IMG/VR virus record: IMGVR_UViG_3300044513_001811
Coordinates: 1-52,289 of that record
DNA length: 52,289 bases
Direction: 5' to 3' (one strand)
Origin: a virus
Lineage: Duplodnaviria > Caudoviricetes
This document shows, piece by piece, positions 18,595 to 29,800 of this stretch; position 1 is the first letter of the stretch, and the number at the start of each line of letters is the position of its first letter. A program made the translations under genes and the position numbers. Under the pieces are notes generated by a model, which searched no databases, was not told where the DNA came from, and saw only the letters and a program-made list of their open reading frames with translations.

Positions 18595-21500
18595 TTATTT
18601 CTTAGTAACGTTTGAGACGACGGTGATATTGACAGTTTCTGTTGAATTCACATTAGCACCTAATTGAATATTTATTCTTACTACATTAGCACCAGTAACT
18701 TCAAATGTTGGAACAATTAATTGCTGACCAGTTCTAATATTTCCATATTCTGTATGGAAAACATCTGTACCATCATCAAGAATACCAAATTCTATAAATT
18801 CTTTATCTCCTGTCGTTGTATTTTCAGCAAACACAGTTGTCTTTGCTCCACTATTTGTCGTATTCAAATAGATGTCGGAACTTCCATTATTAGATGTGCC
18901 CTTAACCAAGGATAATTTTTCTGTTTGAATTTTGATATCTGCCAATTCAAACTCTTTCAGGTCTCCATCAAAAACTTTAACACCATCAAATACTCCAGTT
19001 CCAAAACCAATATTTAAATAAACATCTCCCTGATCATCTAATCTCAAGACTGGATCCGTGGTAAGTCCAGCAGAAAGTCCTAGATCAAAATATTGTTTTG
19101 TTGTATGTAAGAAAGTAATATTTTGATCTGTATTATCAAACGTAGACGTTCCATTATCAAAGGTTAATAATGCAGCTGTAATTTCAAACTCATTGCTCGT
19201 TACAGATCTAATAGTATCAATAGCATCAAAATCTAAAGCAGTCGTTGTTAACCTTAACGTATTGTTGTTGTCATTGTAGAAGAATAATGTATTCTCATTT
19301 GCACCAGGGGAAGTCTCTGGAATAATATAAGTGTTTTGGTCAACATCTTTAACTCCACCAAGAGATCCCCAGTTAGTTCCATCATATCCTTCAAATTGAG
19401 AAGTTGTTTCACTAAATCTAATAGATCCTCTTACTGCAATTCCTCTGTTTGCATCTGGTCCAACTGGAACAACCAACGAAGTTTCCGCATCAACAATAAC
19501 TTTTTTTCCAGCATTTGGTCTGACAATTAAATCATTAATGTCTGTTGATAAAACATTCGCTGCGAGTCTTAGATCGCTATTAACAATGAGTGGAAGATTT
19601 CCTAGAGGTCCAACTCTAAGTTCTGAAATATCTTCAAATGTTAGTGGAGATACGGCAAGAGAATACCATGTAAGTTCTGCTGTGCCATTTAAGACTGCTC
19701 CAGAAGTATGTGTTGGTTCTGTTCCAGAAGTTCCCGTTGTTCCATCAATCGTTACCTCATACAAGTTATTTCTATATTTTAAATATTGTCCAGAAATTAC
19801 TGGAGTGTTTGCAGTCCACTGCACAAATGATGGAGCAGAAATATTAGTCGATTTTACTTTCTTAACATTTACAAAATCTAAATGAGATGGGGTAACTCTA
19901 ATTGTATTGATATTATCATTATAGAACCATAGTGTATTATCATTTGCCCCTACACTTTCTTCAGCAAGAATTGTTGTATTTCCATCGAGGTCTCTAACTC
20001 CCCCAAGAGAGGACCATGAAGAGGTTGATGAACTATAACCTTCATATTGATTTGTTTGTGTGTTATATCTGATAGATCCATTATCAACAACTCCTGGTCC
20101 AGGTCTAGAACTTGTATCTCCAGCAGGAATATTAAGAGCAGATGTGCCAATAACCTTTACAACTCTATTAGCAGCAGGTAATAATTCGATATCCAATCCG
20201 TTACCAGATTCGATAGAATTTGCAGTAATTGTTAATGCTCCAGAAGCATTAAATGATCCAGTAGTAGAAACAACACCAGAAGTTGTTAAATCTCCAGAAG
20301 ACTGGTTAATTGTTAATGTGGTTCCTATTCCAACATTAGAATTTAACTGTAAATCTGTGGCTGATAAATTGATAGTATTTGCATTGGAACTTGATGTGAT
20401 TGAGGCGATTGATAATATATCTCCCTCAATGGAACTAACATCAAGTTTGGTAGTTACTTCTGCATTTGTGAAAGTTGCACTTTGTCCAGTAAATGATACT
20501 GCATTAAGTAATCCAGTTTCAATGTTTCCAGAAATTACATCAGTTGTTTGTAGAATTGATACATTTACTAAGAATCCACTACCAAAAACTTTTGGGTTGT
20601 TTTGATCAACAGTGATAACTCCTTCTTCATTATCAGATCCCCCAAGATCCGCACTTCCAATTGTGCCATCGTAATAATACAGAGTAGATGGTGTGAAATC
20701 TCCTGGTTTAAAAATAACAGATGTTGCTGTATTTGTAACAGAATCTGCATAAGAAAAACCAGCAAAATCAAGAGTTATTAGTCCAGATGATAATGGAATA
20801 TTGGAGAGTGTTAAAGTAGTTGGACTATCTACACTAACAACTGTAGTTCCAGGAATAATCTGACCACCAGATGAGACATTTGTTGTCGCTATCATTCCTG
20901 GCAAAATTCCAGTTGTGCTGGTAACAGTAATTTGTGTTGTTGATGTTGATAATACCGTTGCTACGTTTTCAATTAAGCTTGGTGAATTGCTACCATCCCT
21001 ATACTCGGAGAAAGAAAAATTGTACCCGCTATTGGATGGATCAGAAATATCAAATTCGTAAATATTTCCAGCATAGAGAGTTAGATTTGGAGTTAGTGTA
21101 GGACCGCTTCCTGTATCAATAAAGTACCTGGAAGTATCTAGAGAAGCTGTGTCAATGGTATACTCAGTTATCGGTCCAGAAGATGGGACAATAATATCTC
21201 CATCCAATACTCCTCCAGTATCTACTAATATCGAATCCGTAAATCCACCGCTTTCGCTTACCTTATAAACTTCTAAGTCAGCAGAGACTGTCGCTGTATC
21301 AACTGTTATTGTCAAATTGTCTGCTGGAGTGCTGCCACCAATAGATCCGCCTGGAATGGTGAGGATATCTGAGATCTCATAATAATAACCACCGCCACCA
21401 GACGAGACTGTTACCACAGCAATGTCTCCATTAGAGTCTCTCACTACATCAAAAGTAGCTCCAGTGCCATTTCCTCCAGTTGCAACAACGTTGTTGTAAG

Positions 21501-23697
21501 TTCCGTTGATTGCCGCTGGAACAGTTGTTCCTACTCCAGCAATTACAGAAATTACAGTTCCATATCTTGGTTTTACTGTATCACCAACACTAAACGTTCC
21601 AGATGCATATGTTGAAGCAGCAAATGATAATTGCTGCAAAGTTTTCACTGATACTTGATATGTAATTGCTTGTGTAAGATCGGTAGGATTTACAGATAAT
21701 TCATCTCCAACTGTATATCCAATTCCTCCATTTGAAATTGTAAAGGAGTCAATAACACCAAGATCTCCAACAGTAAATGTTAATGGTGATGATCCATCAC
21801 CAAAAGAAGGTTCAAAACTCAGGGTTGCTGTTCCTGCCTGTTGTGGTTGAACAGACAACTCAATCGTTGTAGAATCAACTATACTTGAAACAAGTACTCC
21901 AGTGCCAAGAATTCCAGTTCCTGCAGTTTGAGTAATTGTAGATCCAGGAACAATATTAGCGGTACTTGAAACTGTTATCTGATTAATTACACCAGTAGAT
22001 CTAAATTCTAAGTCCGCAGTTCCATCTCCAATTGGAGTGACGCTTAGAGTTAATTGTGTAGGACCGTCAATAGACTGAACAGATGTCGATGGCCCAAGAA
22101 CTCCAACGTCGGATCCTCCATTAAATACTTCCATTCCAGCAATAATTCCCGTAGTGCTGGCAACAGTAATTTGATTTGATAGTGTACTTAAAGTCGTGCT
22201 TACGTTTAAAACAACAGATTTTAAATTAGTATTAACTCCAGTTATGGATAGAGGCAGACCAAACACATCTCCAGTTTGATAACCAGTTCCATATGTAGAA
22301 ATTTCTACATCAAACGGAATACCAGGATTATTTGTAATAGAAAATGCAAACCCAGATCCACCAACTCCGCCAACATCCGCATCATTAATTCCTAGTGTTT
22401 CTCCTGCTAAATATCCAGATCCGCTGTCAGTTATAGTGATAGAATCAACAATTCCGTCATACGAAATACCTGTGATTTCAGCTACAAATCCAGATCCACC
22501 ACCATAGGAATTTCCATTTACTGATACAGTATCTCCTACCTTGTAATCAGTGCCATTTACGCTAAAATCAAAAGAAATTACGTTTCCATTTGAATCAACT
22601 TCAAAATCCGCAGCTCCAAATTTACCATAATTTCCAATAGCACCAGTAGAAACTGTGAATGCTCCACCCATCCCTGGATGGAATGTACAATCATAAGCAT
22701 ATGTTCCAGTGGGCGCATTTGCAGAAATGACAAAATCAACAAAAGATCCTGCTGTTCCGTAAGTTCCTTCTTCAATGGTAAAAAATTCTGCTCCAATAAA
22801 TCCACCATTTGTAAGACTAAATCTTAACTGATGACCAGTGTTAGAGGAGTCTGAAACATCAAAGCGATAAGTGTTGCCCTGTACTAGATTTAGTGTTGGT
22901 TGGGGGTTTCCGTCAATTATAAAATTAGTAGTTCCATTTGCAGTTACAATAAAAGTTTGAGTTGGAACGTTGAAGATATTGGCAAATTGATAAACTCCCT
23001 GGGAATATCCAGATCCAGGAGAAGTTATACTCGAAGAAATAGTTTCTGTACCAGTAATATTGATATTTGCCTCTGCACCAGATCCAGAACCATTAGTTAA
23101 TGGTACTGCGGTGTAATTTCCTGGTTTATAGTTCTGACCAGAATTTCCTATAATTCCTACAATTCCTTCTACTTGAAAATCTAAAAGTGTCCCTGTTCCA
23201 GTTCCACTGATATTTCTTGTGGTAATTCCAGTATAAACTCCTTGTTTGTATCCAGTTCCTTCTACTATAGTTCCATTAAATGCTACTACTTCAAAATCAG
23301 CAATAGCTCCACTGCCACTTCCTCCAGTAAAGGAAATTCCAGTATAACTTCCAGCATCGTAATTCTGACCGAAAGAAATAGTGGATACTGCACTAATAAC
23401 TTCTTGTCTAATTAAGACATCTTTATAAGAATAAACAGCAGATGAAGATATATCTACAAGTTTCTTACCAGAAGAAACATAACCAATAGTCTGAGAAGTT
23501 GGTTTGTATAAACCCAACGAATCATCTGAAACAAATGAGAGAGATGGTAATGGTTGGGTGCCATCACCTAACTTTAGGTTACCTGTAGAAAGATCACTAC
23601 CACCAGAGGTAACGTTAAAAAGTTGAGAACCGATTTCATTAATTTTTACCCTTTGCTGTTCAAAGGTATCAGTTCTAGCGACATTAATTGCTGGCAT
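18595..23697 (-). CDS. Large virion structural/fibre protein (1700 aa) with a cupredoxin-like domain
   Basis: N-terminal V..TDTFEQQR.K.N baseplate-attachment-like motif, many G.GY..GD repeats, H...CTFHPGM motif and duplicated GSIRY/F...EGY...W.SLGGV.D.D units. Confidence 0.85.
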   Translation of the reverse strand: MPAINVARTDTFEQQRVKINEIGSQLFNVTSGGSDLSTGNLKLGDGTQPLPSLSFVSDDSLGLYKPTSQTIGYVSSGKKLVDISSSAVYSYKDVLIRQEVISAVSTISFGQNYDAGSYTGISFTGGSGSGAIADFEVVAFNGTIVEGTGYKQGVYTGITTRNISGTGTGTLLDFQVEGIVGIIGNSGQNYKPGNYTAVPLTNGSGSGAEANINITGTETISSSITSPGSGYSQGVYQFANIFNVPTQTFIVTANGTTNFIIDGNPQPTLNLVQGNTYRFDVSDSSNTGHQLRFSLTNGGFIGAEFFTIEEGTYGTAGSFVDFVISANAPTGTYAYDCTFHPGMGGAFTVSTGAIGNYGKFGAADFEVDSNGNVISFDFSVNGTDYKVGDTVSVNGNSYGGGSGFVAEITGISYDGIVDSITITDSGSGYLAGETLGINDADVGGVGGSGFAFSITNNPGIPFDVEISTYGTGYQTGDVFGLPLSITGVNTNLKSVVLNVSTTLSTLSNQITVASTTGIIAGMEVFNGGSDVGVLGPSTSVQSIDGPTQLTLSVTPIGDGTADLEFRSTGVINQITVSSTANIVPGSTITQTAGTGILGTGVLVSSIVDSTTIELSVQPQQAGTATLSFEPSFGDGSSPLTFTVGDLGVIDSFTISNGGIGYTVGDELSVNPTDLTQAITYQVSVKTLQQLSFAASTYASGTFSVGDTVKPRYGTVISVIAGVGTTVPAAINGTYNNVVATGGNGTGATFDVVRDSNGDIAVVTVSSGGGGYYYEISDILTIPGGSIGGSTPADNLTITVDTATVSADLEVYKVSESGGFTDSILVDTGGVLDGDIIVPSSGPITEYTIDTASLDTSRYFIDTGSGPTLTPNLTLYAGNIYEFDISDPSNSGYNFSFSEYRDGSNSPSLIENVATVLSTSTTQITVTSTTGILPGMIATTNVSSGGQIIPGTTVVSVDSPTTLTLSNIPLSSGLITLDFAGFSYADSVTNTATSVIFKPGDFTPSTLYYYDGTIGSADLGGSDNEEGVITVDQNNPKVFGSGFLVNVSILQTTDVISGNIETGLLNAVSFTGQSATFTNAEVTTKLDVSSIEGDILSIASITSSSNANTINLSATDLQLNSNVGIGTTLTINQSSGDLTTSGVVSTTGSFNASGALTITANSIESGNGLDIELLPAANRVVKVIGTSALNIPAGDTSSRPGPGVVDNGSIRYNTQTNQYEGYSSSTSSWSSLGGVRDLDGNTTILAEESVGANDNTLWFYNDNINTIRVTPSHLDFVNVKKVKSTNISAPSFVQWTANTPVISGQYLKYRNNLYEVTIDGTTGTSGTEPTHTSGAVLNGTAELTWYSLAVSPLTFEDISELRVGPLGNLPLIVNSDLRLAANVLSTDINDLIVRPNAGKKVIVDAETSLVVPVGPDANRGIAVRGSIRFSETTSQFEGYDGTNWGSLGGVKDVDQNTYIIPETSPGANENTLFFYNDNNNTLRLTTTALDFDAIDTIRSVTSNEFEITAALLTFDNGTSTFDNTDQNITFLHTTKQYFDLGLSAGLTTDPVLRLDDQGDVYLNIGFGTGVFDGVKVFDGDLKEFELADIKIQTEKLSLVKGTSNNGSSDIYLNTTNSGAKTTVFAENTTTGDKEFIEFGILDDGTDVFHTEYGNIRTGQQLIVPTFEVTGANVVRINIQLGANVNSTETVNITVVSNVTKK

Positions 23698-23890
23698 TTC
23701 TTACTAACTCTCTAAGTAGGGATTTGATTTCAGAGATTTCATCCTTCAACATATTTATGTCTTCCAACGCGGAATTCAACTGTCTTTGTTTGCGCCTTGC
23801 TTCGATAGCAGAATCGCTCTGATTCAAGATGGCACCTGTGGTCTCGTCTCTAACGAGACCATCATGCCCAGAAACTTTAATGTAACTCAT
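23684..23890 (-). CDS. Small conserved T4-like cyanophage protein
   Basis: IKV.GH..LVRD..TGAILN followed by a C-terminal coiled coil; usual neighbour of the VrlC-like gene. Confidence 0.85.
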   Translation of the reverse strand: MSYIKVSGHDGLVRDETTGAILNQSDSAIEARRKQRQLNSALEDINMLKDEISEIKSLLRELVRNASN

Positions 23891-23899
23891 GTGCGGAAA

Positions 23900-26800
23900 T
23901 TAATAAGATGCAACAGCGCGTAGGTCTTGAATCTTAGGAACGTATACAGGATCTACGGATCTCATTACAATTTTTATACCAAATGATGAGAATTCAGGTA
24001 GATTTGAAACACTGTACTTAAGTTCTTGATAAGAACTTTGCTTTTCTACGATACCAGAAATACTATTTTCACTAGTTGGGAACTCTGCAATATCTGGAAG
24101 TCCAGTTTCATTGAAGTATTCCCACTCAATATTATCAAATGCCTCTTGACTTGATGACTTCTTATAACGATATAGAACTTGTACGTCGTCAATATTCTTA
24201 ACATTTACAGTCAATCTTACATCGATCGAAGTTCCAGGATTTCCGATAGAAATTTCCTTACTTACATATTTGGCAATAGAGGAACTATCACTGAATGTAT
24301 TTTCGGAACGATATTCGACACCATTTGTGTATTCGATTTCTTTGATTTCCCAGTATCCAACTGTTTCTGTTGGTTGATCTGGATATGCGATAATATCACC
24401 AACCCTAAAGATATCAGGTACGCCTTCACCAGATCTAGCATTGCCAGAAGATGAAGATTCTAATAGAGACTCAGTATATCCAAGATTTCCATGGGGTTTC
24501 TTATCATTTTTGAGTGTGATAATTTGATTTTGTGAATCAAAGAATTGTACTTTACCATCAATCTTATTATCAAATGTGGTAGATAGAATACTTGGATTTC
24601 TTGCAACGATAGTATCTGCGACGCTTACGCTGAAGATTTCTCTAGTTGGATCAGATCCAACTGCTACTCCACCACCAGCTCCTTGGTTGGCAGTTGGATC
24701 CCAACTTGCACCAGAGTTTGTACCACCAAAGATAATTCCTTCATTCTTTTGGAATCCATTTGTGGTAGAAACTTTGACCCAAATATTAGTCGTTCCTCCA
24801 ACTACAGTTTTTCTGATGATGGTTCCCTTTGCCTTACTGATGTATCCTTCGATTGCTTGGTTGTTATCGGCATCAATATCTTCACCAACAGGCAAATTGG
24901 CAAGAGCGAAATAGTAAACATCCTTGAACTTCAGGATCTGATCTCTTCTGCCATATCTGTCTTCTTTTCCTTTTGATTTCTCAATTCTATTGCAAGCGAA
25001 TTTAACAGAAGCAGAAGAAAGATCAATCACTGGAGACAGATAAGAAACAGTAGAAGATAGTTTGATATCTAACTCAAATGATCTATCAAGATTATTTGCA
25101 GTCTGATTGATCTTAGAGCAAAGTACTTTCTGATTGTTGAAGTAATGAATTTCATTCAAGAAAGTTTTTTCGTAACCAGTTTGTGAGTATGAAACGTAGT
25201 TTGTGGTAGTTGAGTCTACAGGAACAATGTTTGTTGACTTAACTGATGTTTCAACTTTTGTAGCACTAAAGGTCAAATAATTAACCTGTGGATACATACG
25301 CTCATACTTCTTGTTGTGTGCAACTAAGATAGATGATCCACCACCTCTTAGGGTATTAGCAGCAACCGTAGCATTCTCGATGTGGTAGTAGTCAACACCT
25401 GCGCTCTTAACTCTGAATAAAGTTGTATTGAGTTGAGTATTTGTTACACCAGCAACTGTTTCTGCATTTCTGAGGAAGACGTATGAGTTGCCACGATCTT
25501 CGAAACCATGATTTGGATGATTGATTCTGAGGATCTTGTTATTGTTTCTGAATAGATCTGATGTTGCACCAGCATTAGAAGTTCCATCTGTTTGAATTGG
25601 ATTTACTCCAAGTCTTTGATATCCAAGAGACTCATTTTCAACTTTCAAGCTTCCAACTCTGCTAATATCGAACTCCGCTCTATTGATTGTGAATTTGATA
25701 TCTTCAAATAGATCTTCTGTCCAAGTGTCAACATTCTGAGATCTGAATACAGATCCTAGTAAAGGTTGAGTTGTTACAGGAGTGCTGGTAGCAATTTCAA
25801 TTTCACCTAGTCTAGATGTCCATAATGCATACTCAGTTGAATCTGTCTCAACGACTAATGCATACTGAGAATTGTTTTGCAGATATACAGGATAATCAAA
25901 TGCGAATGTTGTTGGAGTGATCGACTGTGTAACCCCAGCAGGATCGACTGCAACGCCCATTCTGACTGCAGGGGTATCGATGGTTACCTTTGCCTCGATA
26001 ACAGCACCTGCAGCGCCATTTCCTATACCCTTGACAACAATTGATGGTGGGGCAGTATACTCAGATCCAAAGAGGGTTACATCGCAATTATAAATTTCTC
26101 CACCTGAGATATTCACGCTACCATTAGCGACACTTCCTCCTGGCAATTGTGGACTTTCAATTGAAAGAATCGCTGACTCGTAATTTGATCCAGTTTGCTT
26201 AACTAGCAATTCGGAAACTTTACCAGAATCTTTTGCAATAGTAACAGATAGATCTGTGTTGTTTAGTGAATTGTAAGTAGTAAGTGATCCAATAATCAAT
26301 CCTTCATTTTGTACAAAGGACTTGCCGTTGTGATTACTTAGAACAAATGTATAAACCTGATCATTTGTTAATGTAACAATTCCAGTGCTGGAAGCGGTTA
26401 GTTCATTGCCATTTCGATCTAGAACTTTCAGTAGAGGTCCACTGCAATTTGATCTAGAACCAGTAATTGTTTCGCCAACAGTTACTGTGAGAGTTCCACT
26501 TGTAAATACACGAATACGAGTATTAGGAGATAGGGAAACTTCTGTTCCTGGTACAATATATTTTCCAGGTTTATCACTCTCGGTGTTTGTTACATAAACT
26601 CTGATTGGAATATTAGTGCTCTTCTTATTGAAGAAGAGATTTACGCTAGTAGCAAAGCAACCACCCTCATAATTCTCAATCTTGAATGTCTGAGCTAATG
26701 GGTTTGGTCTTGCCTCTACGTCCGTGACACTATCAATAATTTGTACACCCTCATTCGCTTTAAAGATTGAAGGTGAAGTCGAATTGATAGTTGCAGGATT

Positions 26801-29800
26801 TTCTGGAAGTCTTCCAATAGCGTAGTACTTAACTTCTGCATAAGTGTCGATTTCTTCTTTTGCTGCGTTGGAAGCACTAGAAGTAAACCTAAATGTCTTG
26901 ATTCCAGTTGTTACTCTTACTTGCTCCGATGTTGTATCGTACTCGATTGTTTCTGGGTTTCCTGTCCAAGTAGCATTTTGAATTGGAGCATATCCTCCTG
27001 GAATCAAAATAAGACCACTAGCATTGCCATTTTCATCAGTAATGATAGGACCATTAAATCCAGAGAGTGAGTTTCCAGCAATACCAGTAAATCTATTATC
27101 AGGATTTACCCATCTCGAAACATCTTTTCCTTCTAAGAAAGGATAGAGTTTTGTTGATGGTTTTAATCTCCTGAGAACATACTTAACAGCGATACTTCTA
27201 GCAAAGAATCTTAGTGATGTAGCAACAGTTCCTTTGTCGGAAGAATCTGTTGAGAGACCCTTACCAATTTCATTGTTCTGTGGACTTACGTTCGAAGAAC
27301 TTGCGACCGAAGCACTCTTTACTTTAGAATTTGCTGAATCTGAATTGGTTGTTCCAAAAGATGTGATCTCACCAGAAGCATCCTTAGAACCAATCCAGTT
27401 GATAATGAAGGAATTGAAGATGCTGGAGAAAGAATCTCTAATTTCATTTTTAGAAATAAAGATGGAATACAACTGTGTGTTGTTATCGACAATCAAAGGT
27501 TCTACGGTCTTGTCATACCAAGGATCGATTCTTGGAGTTAATTGACCTTCTCCAACATATTGAAGAGCAACAAATGGATTTGGATTGATTGTCTTTGTTG
27601 CAAAACTATTTCCTAAAAGTGGAAGCGTTGTATATGGAAGTGTTACGATGTCTCCCGTTTTCTGGTAACCATCGATAACTCGTTGGTCATTTCTGGTATT
27701 TACTTCTTTAAGTGAGAATGACTCTTCGTTCGTCTGACATCTCAGTACAGACTGTTGAGTATCAATTGCACAAAGATAATCAGCTGATGAAATATCACCA
27801 ACTAAATGAGTCTCGAAGTTATCAACAATAAAACCAGTCTTGAATCTATCAAATCCAATTTCATCACGGATCTGCATTCCAAGTGCTTGCTGCTCAAGAA
27901 TACTGAGAGTTGTGTAATACTCAAGACGTTCAATGCGCTTCTCAAGTTTACCAATATCCTTCATCGTATATCTACGATTGTCAACAGGAGTAATCCTTAC
28001 ATCCTTACTGGTTGTTGTGAACGCAGGAACATAGATGTAATAGAGTGCAATGGCATCATCTAGTGGCTCTGGACGAGTTGGGTTCTGTGAAGAGTTGCCC
28101 TCCTTTAGAACAAATTGTCCTTTCTTGTTTAAGAAGATACCATCAATTCTATTCAAGAATTCTGACTGACTGAAACTGAATGTGAATTCTAAGTTTGAAT
28201 CTGGAGATGGAGTTACAGAAACAACACCACCCTCACCGCTGAATACAGTAGTTGGTTGTTGTCTAGATGAAACATTAGCAAAACCAGTTACAAAGGATGA
28301 TGCATCTACCTTTGGTCTAAAGTCAAGGACGTTCTTAAGAGAAACGATACCATGAACAGCAGAGTTGAAACTTGGGATTTCTTCCAAAGTTACACCTGCT
28401 TCATGTGAATAACTATCAACCGTACAGAAGTCTCCCTGTGAATGCTCAAAATAATCGAACGCAACAACTAGTTGACCAGTTGGAGCAGGGTATCCTGGTT
28501 TCAGTACTAGTCTAGAAACATCATAGAAAGTGTCTCTTTGTCCATCATCAAAAGTAAATCTTTCAGTAATATCGCTACCATTACCTACAAGATTTCCTGC
28601 GGTGTCAACATCTGGGGGAGCAACAGAAGTTCCTTCGTAAACGTATCTGACACGGAAAGCATCTGCGTATGACGAAATAACAGTAGACTCGTCATCATAG
28701 TTCTCGCCACGGAGAGGAACAATTCTATCACCAAATGATTTGATAAGAATTCTCTTGTTCTTTACTGCCGTTTTAATTCTTGGACGTGCTTTAGTTAGCT
28801 CTAGTGTAGCGGATAATTTTAGTTTGGGGAAGTTAGTTGATGAATTGAAAACACTTGTTGGTAGTGTGATAACCACAGAACCAGCATTCAACCCACTCGC
28901 TTGGTCTGTAGTGTTAGTAGTTGAAATATTTTCGGAAGTTAAGTAAATTACATCTCCTGTTTTTACGTTTGTGGCATCACCAGGATTCAAAACAGTCATA
29001 ATGAAATTAGATTCGTCAAAGGTAACGAATCTCTGAGTTCCAAAAGGCAACTGAGCAGTAAACGTGATGAAGTTTCCACTAGTTGTTGAGGTGGTAACAA
29101 AATCTCTTCTGTAGTAATACTTGATCTTTGAATCTTCAGAACCTCTGGAAATTGCTGAAACTTGACCACTTCCAGTTGGATAGATCAATGTTCCTTGAGC
29201 AAAATTGTCTACCTTAGGAACAATCTTAACAATATTTCCATTTACAACTTCTTCAGGAATTGCTTTATCCAAATAAATTCTGGACTTGATGGTTCCTTCT
29301 GGTTTTGTTGCATACTGAACTAGTGCTCTTACCGAAAGACCATCGGTTCCAGTATATTGTACATAGTCTCCCTGCTTCAAGAACTGGGTAGCATCCCCAC
29401 CAAATCCATTACACTCTAGGAACTTAAATCCTTTCTTTCCAGAGAAAGTAAATTCTGTGACCGAAACAAGATTTACATACTGAGTGTCGTTGCTTTCAAC
29501 GTCAGCAGTAAACTTATTAACACCAAGAGAACCAAATGCAGATCCAAAGGATTTTACATCTTGAGGACTGTAAGTTACAACAGTGTCTCTAAACAAGACG
29601 GCATCAACTCTTGCCGCAAGAGCAATGTTGCTTAATCCTGCCGTTACAGTAACAACTGGTGGTTGTGAGTATGTTTGTGTAAATGCTGCTCTGTCTCTAA
29701 TCTCAACATAAGTTACATAACCAATACCACCAGTGTCTGTGGTAACAGTAATTTTTGAAGTATCGAATTTTTGACCATTAATTGTAATATCAGTTCCCTG

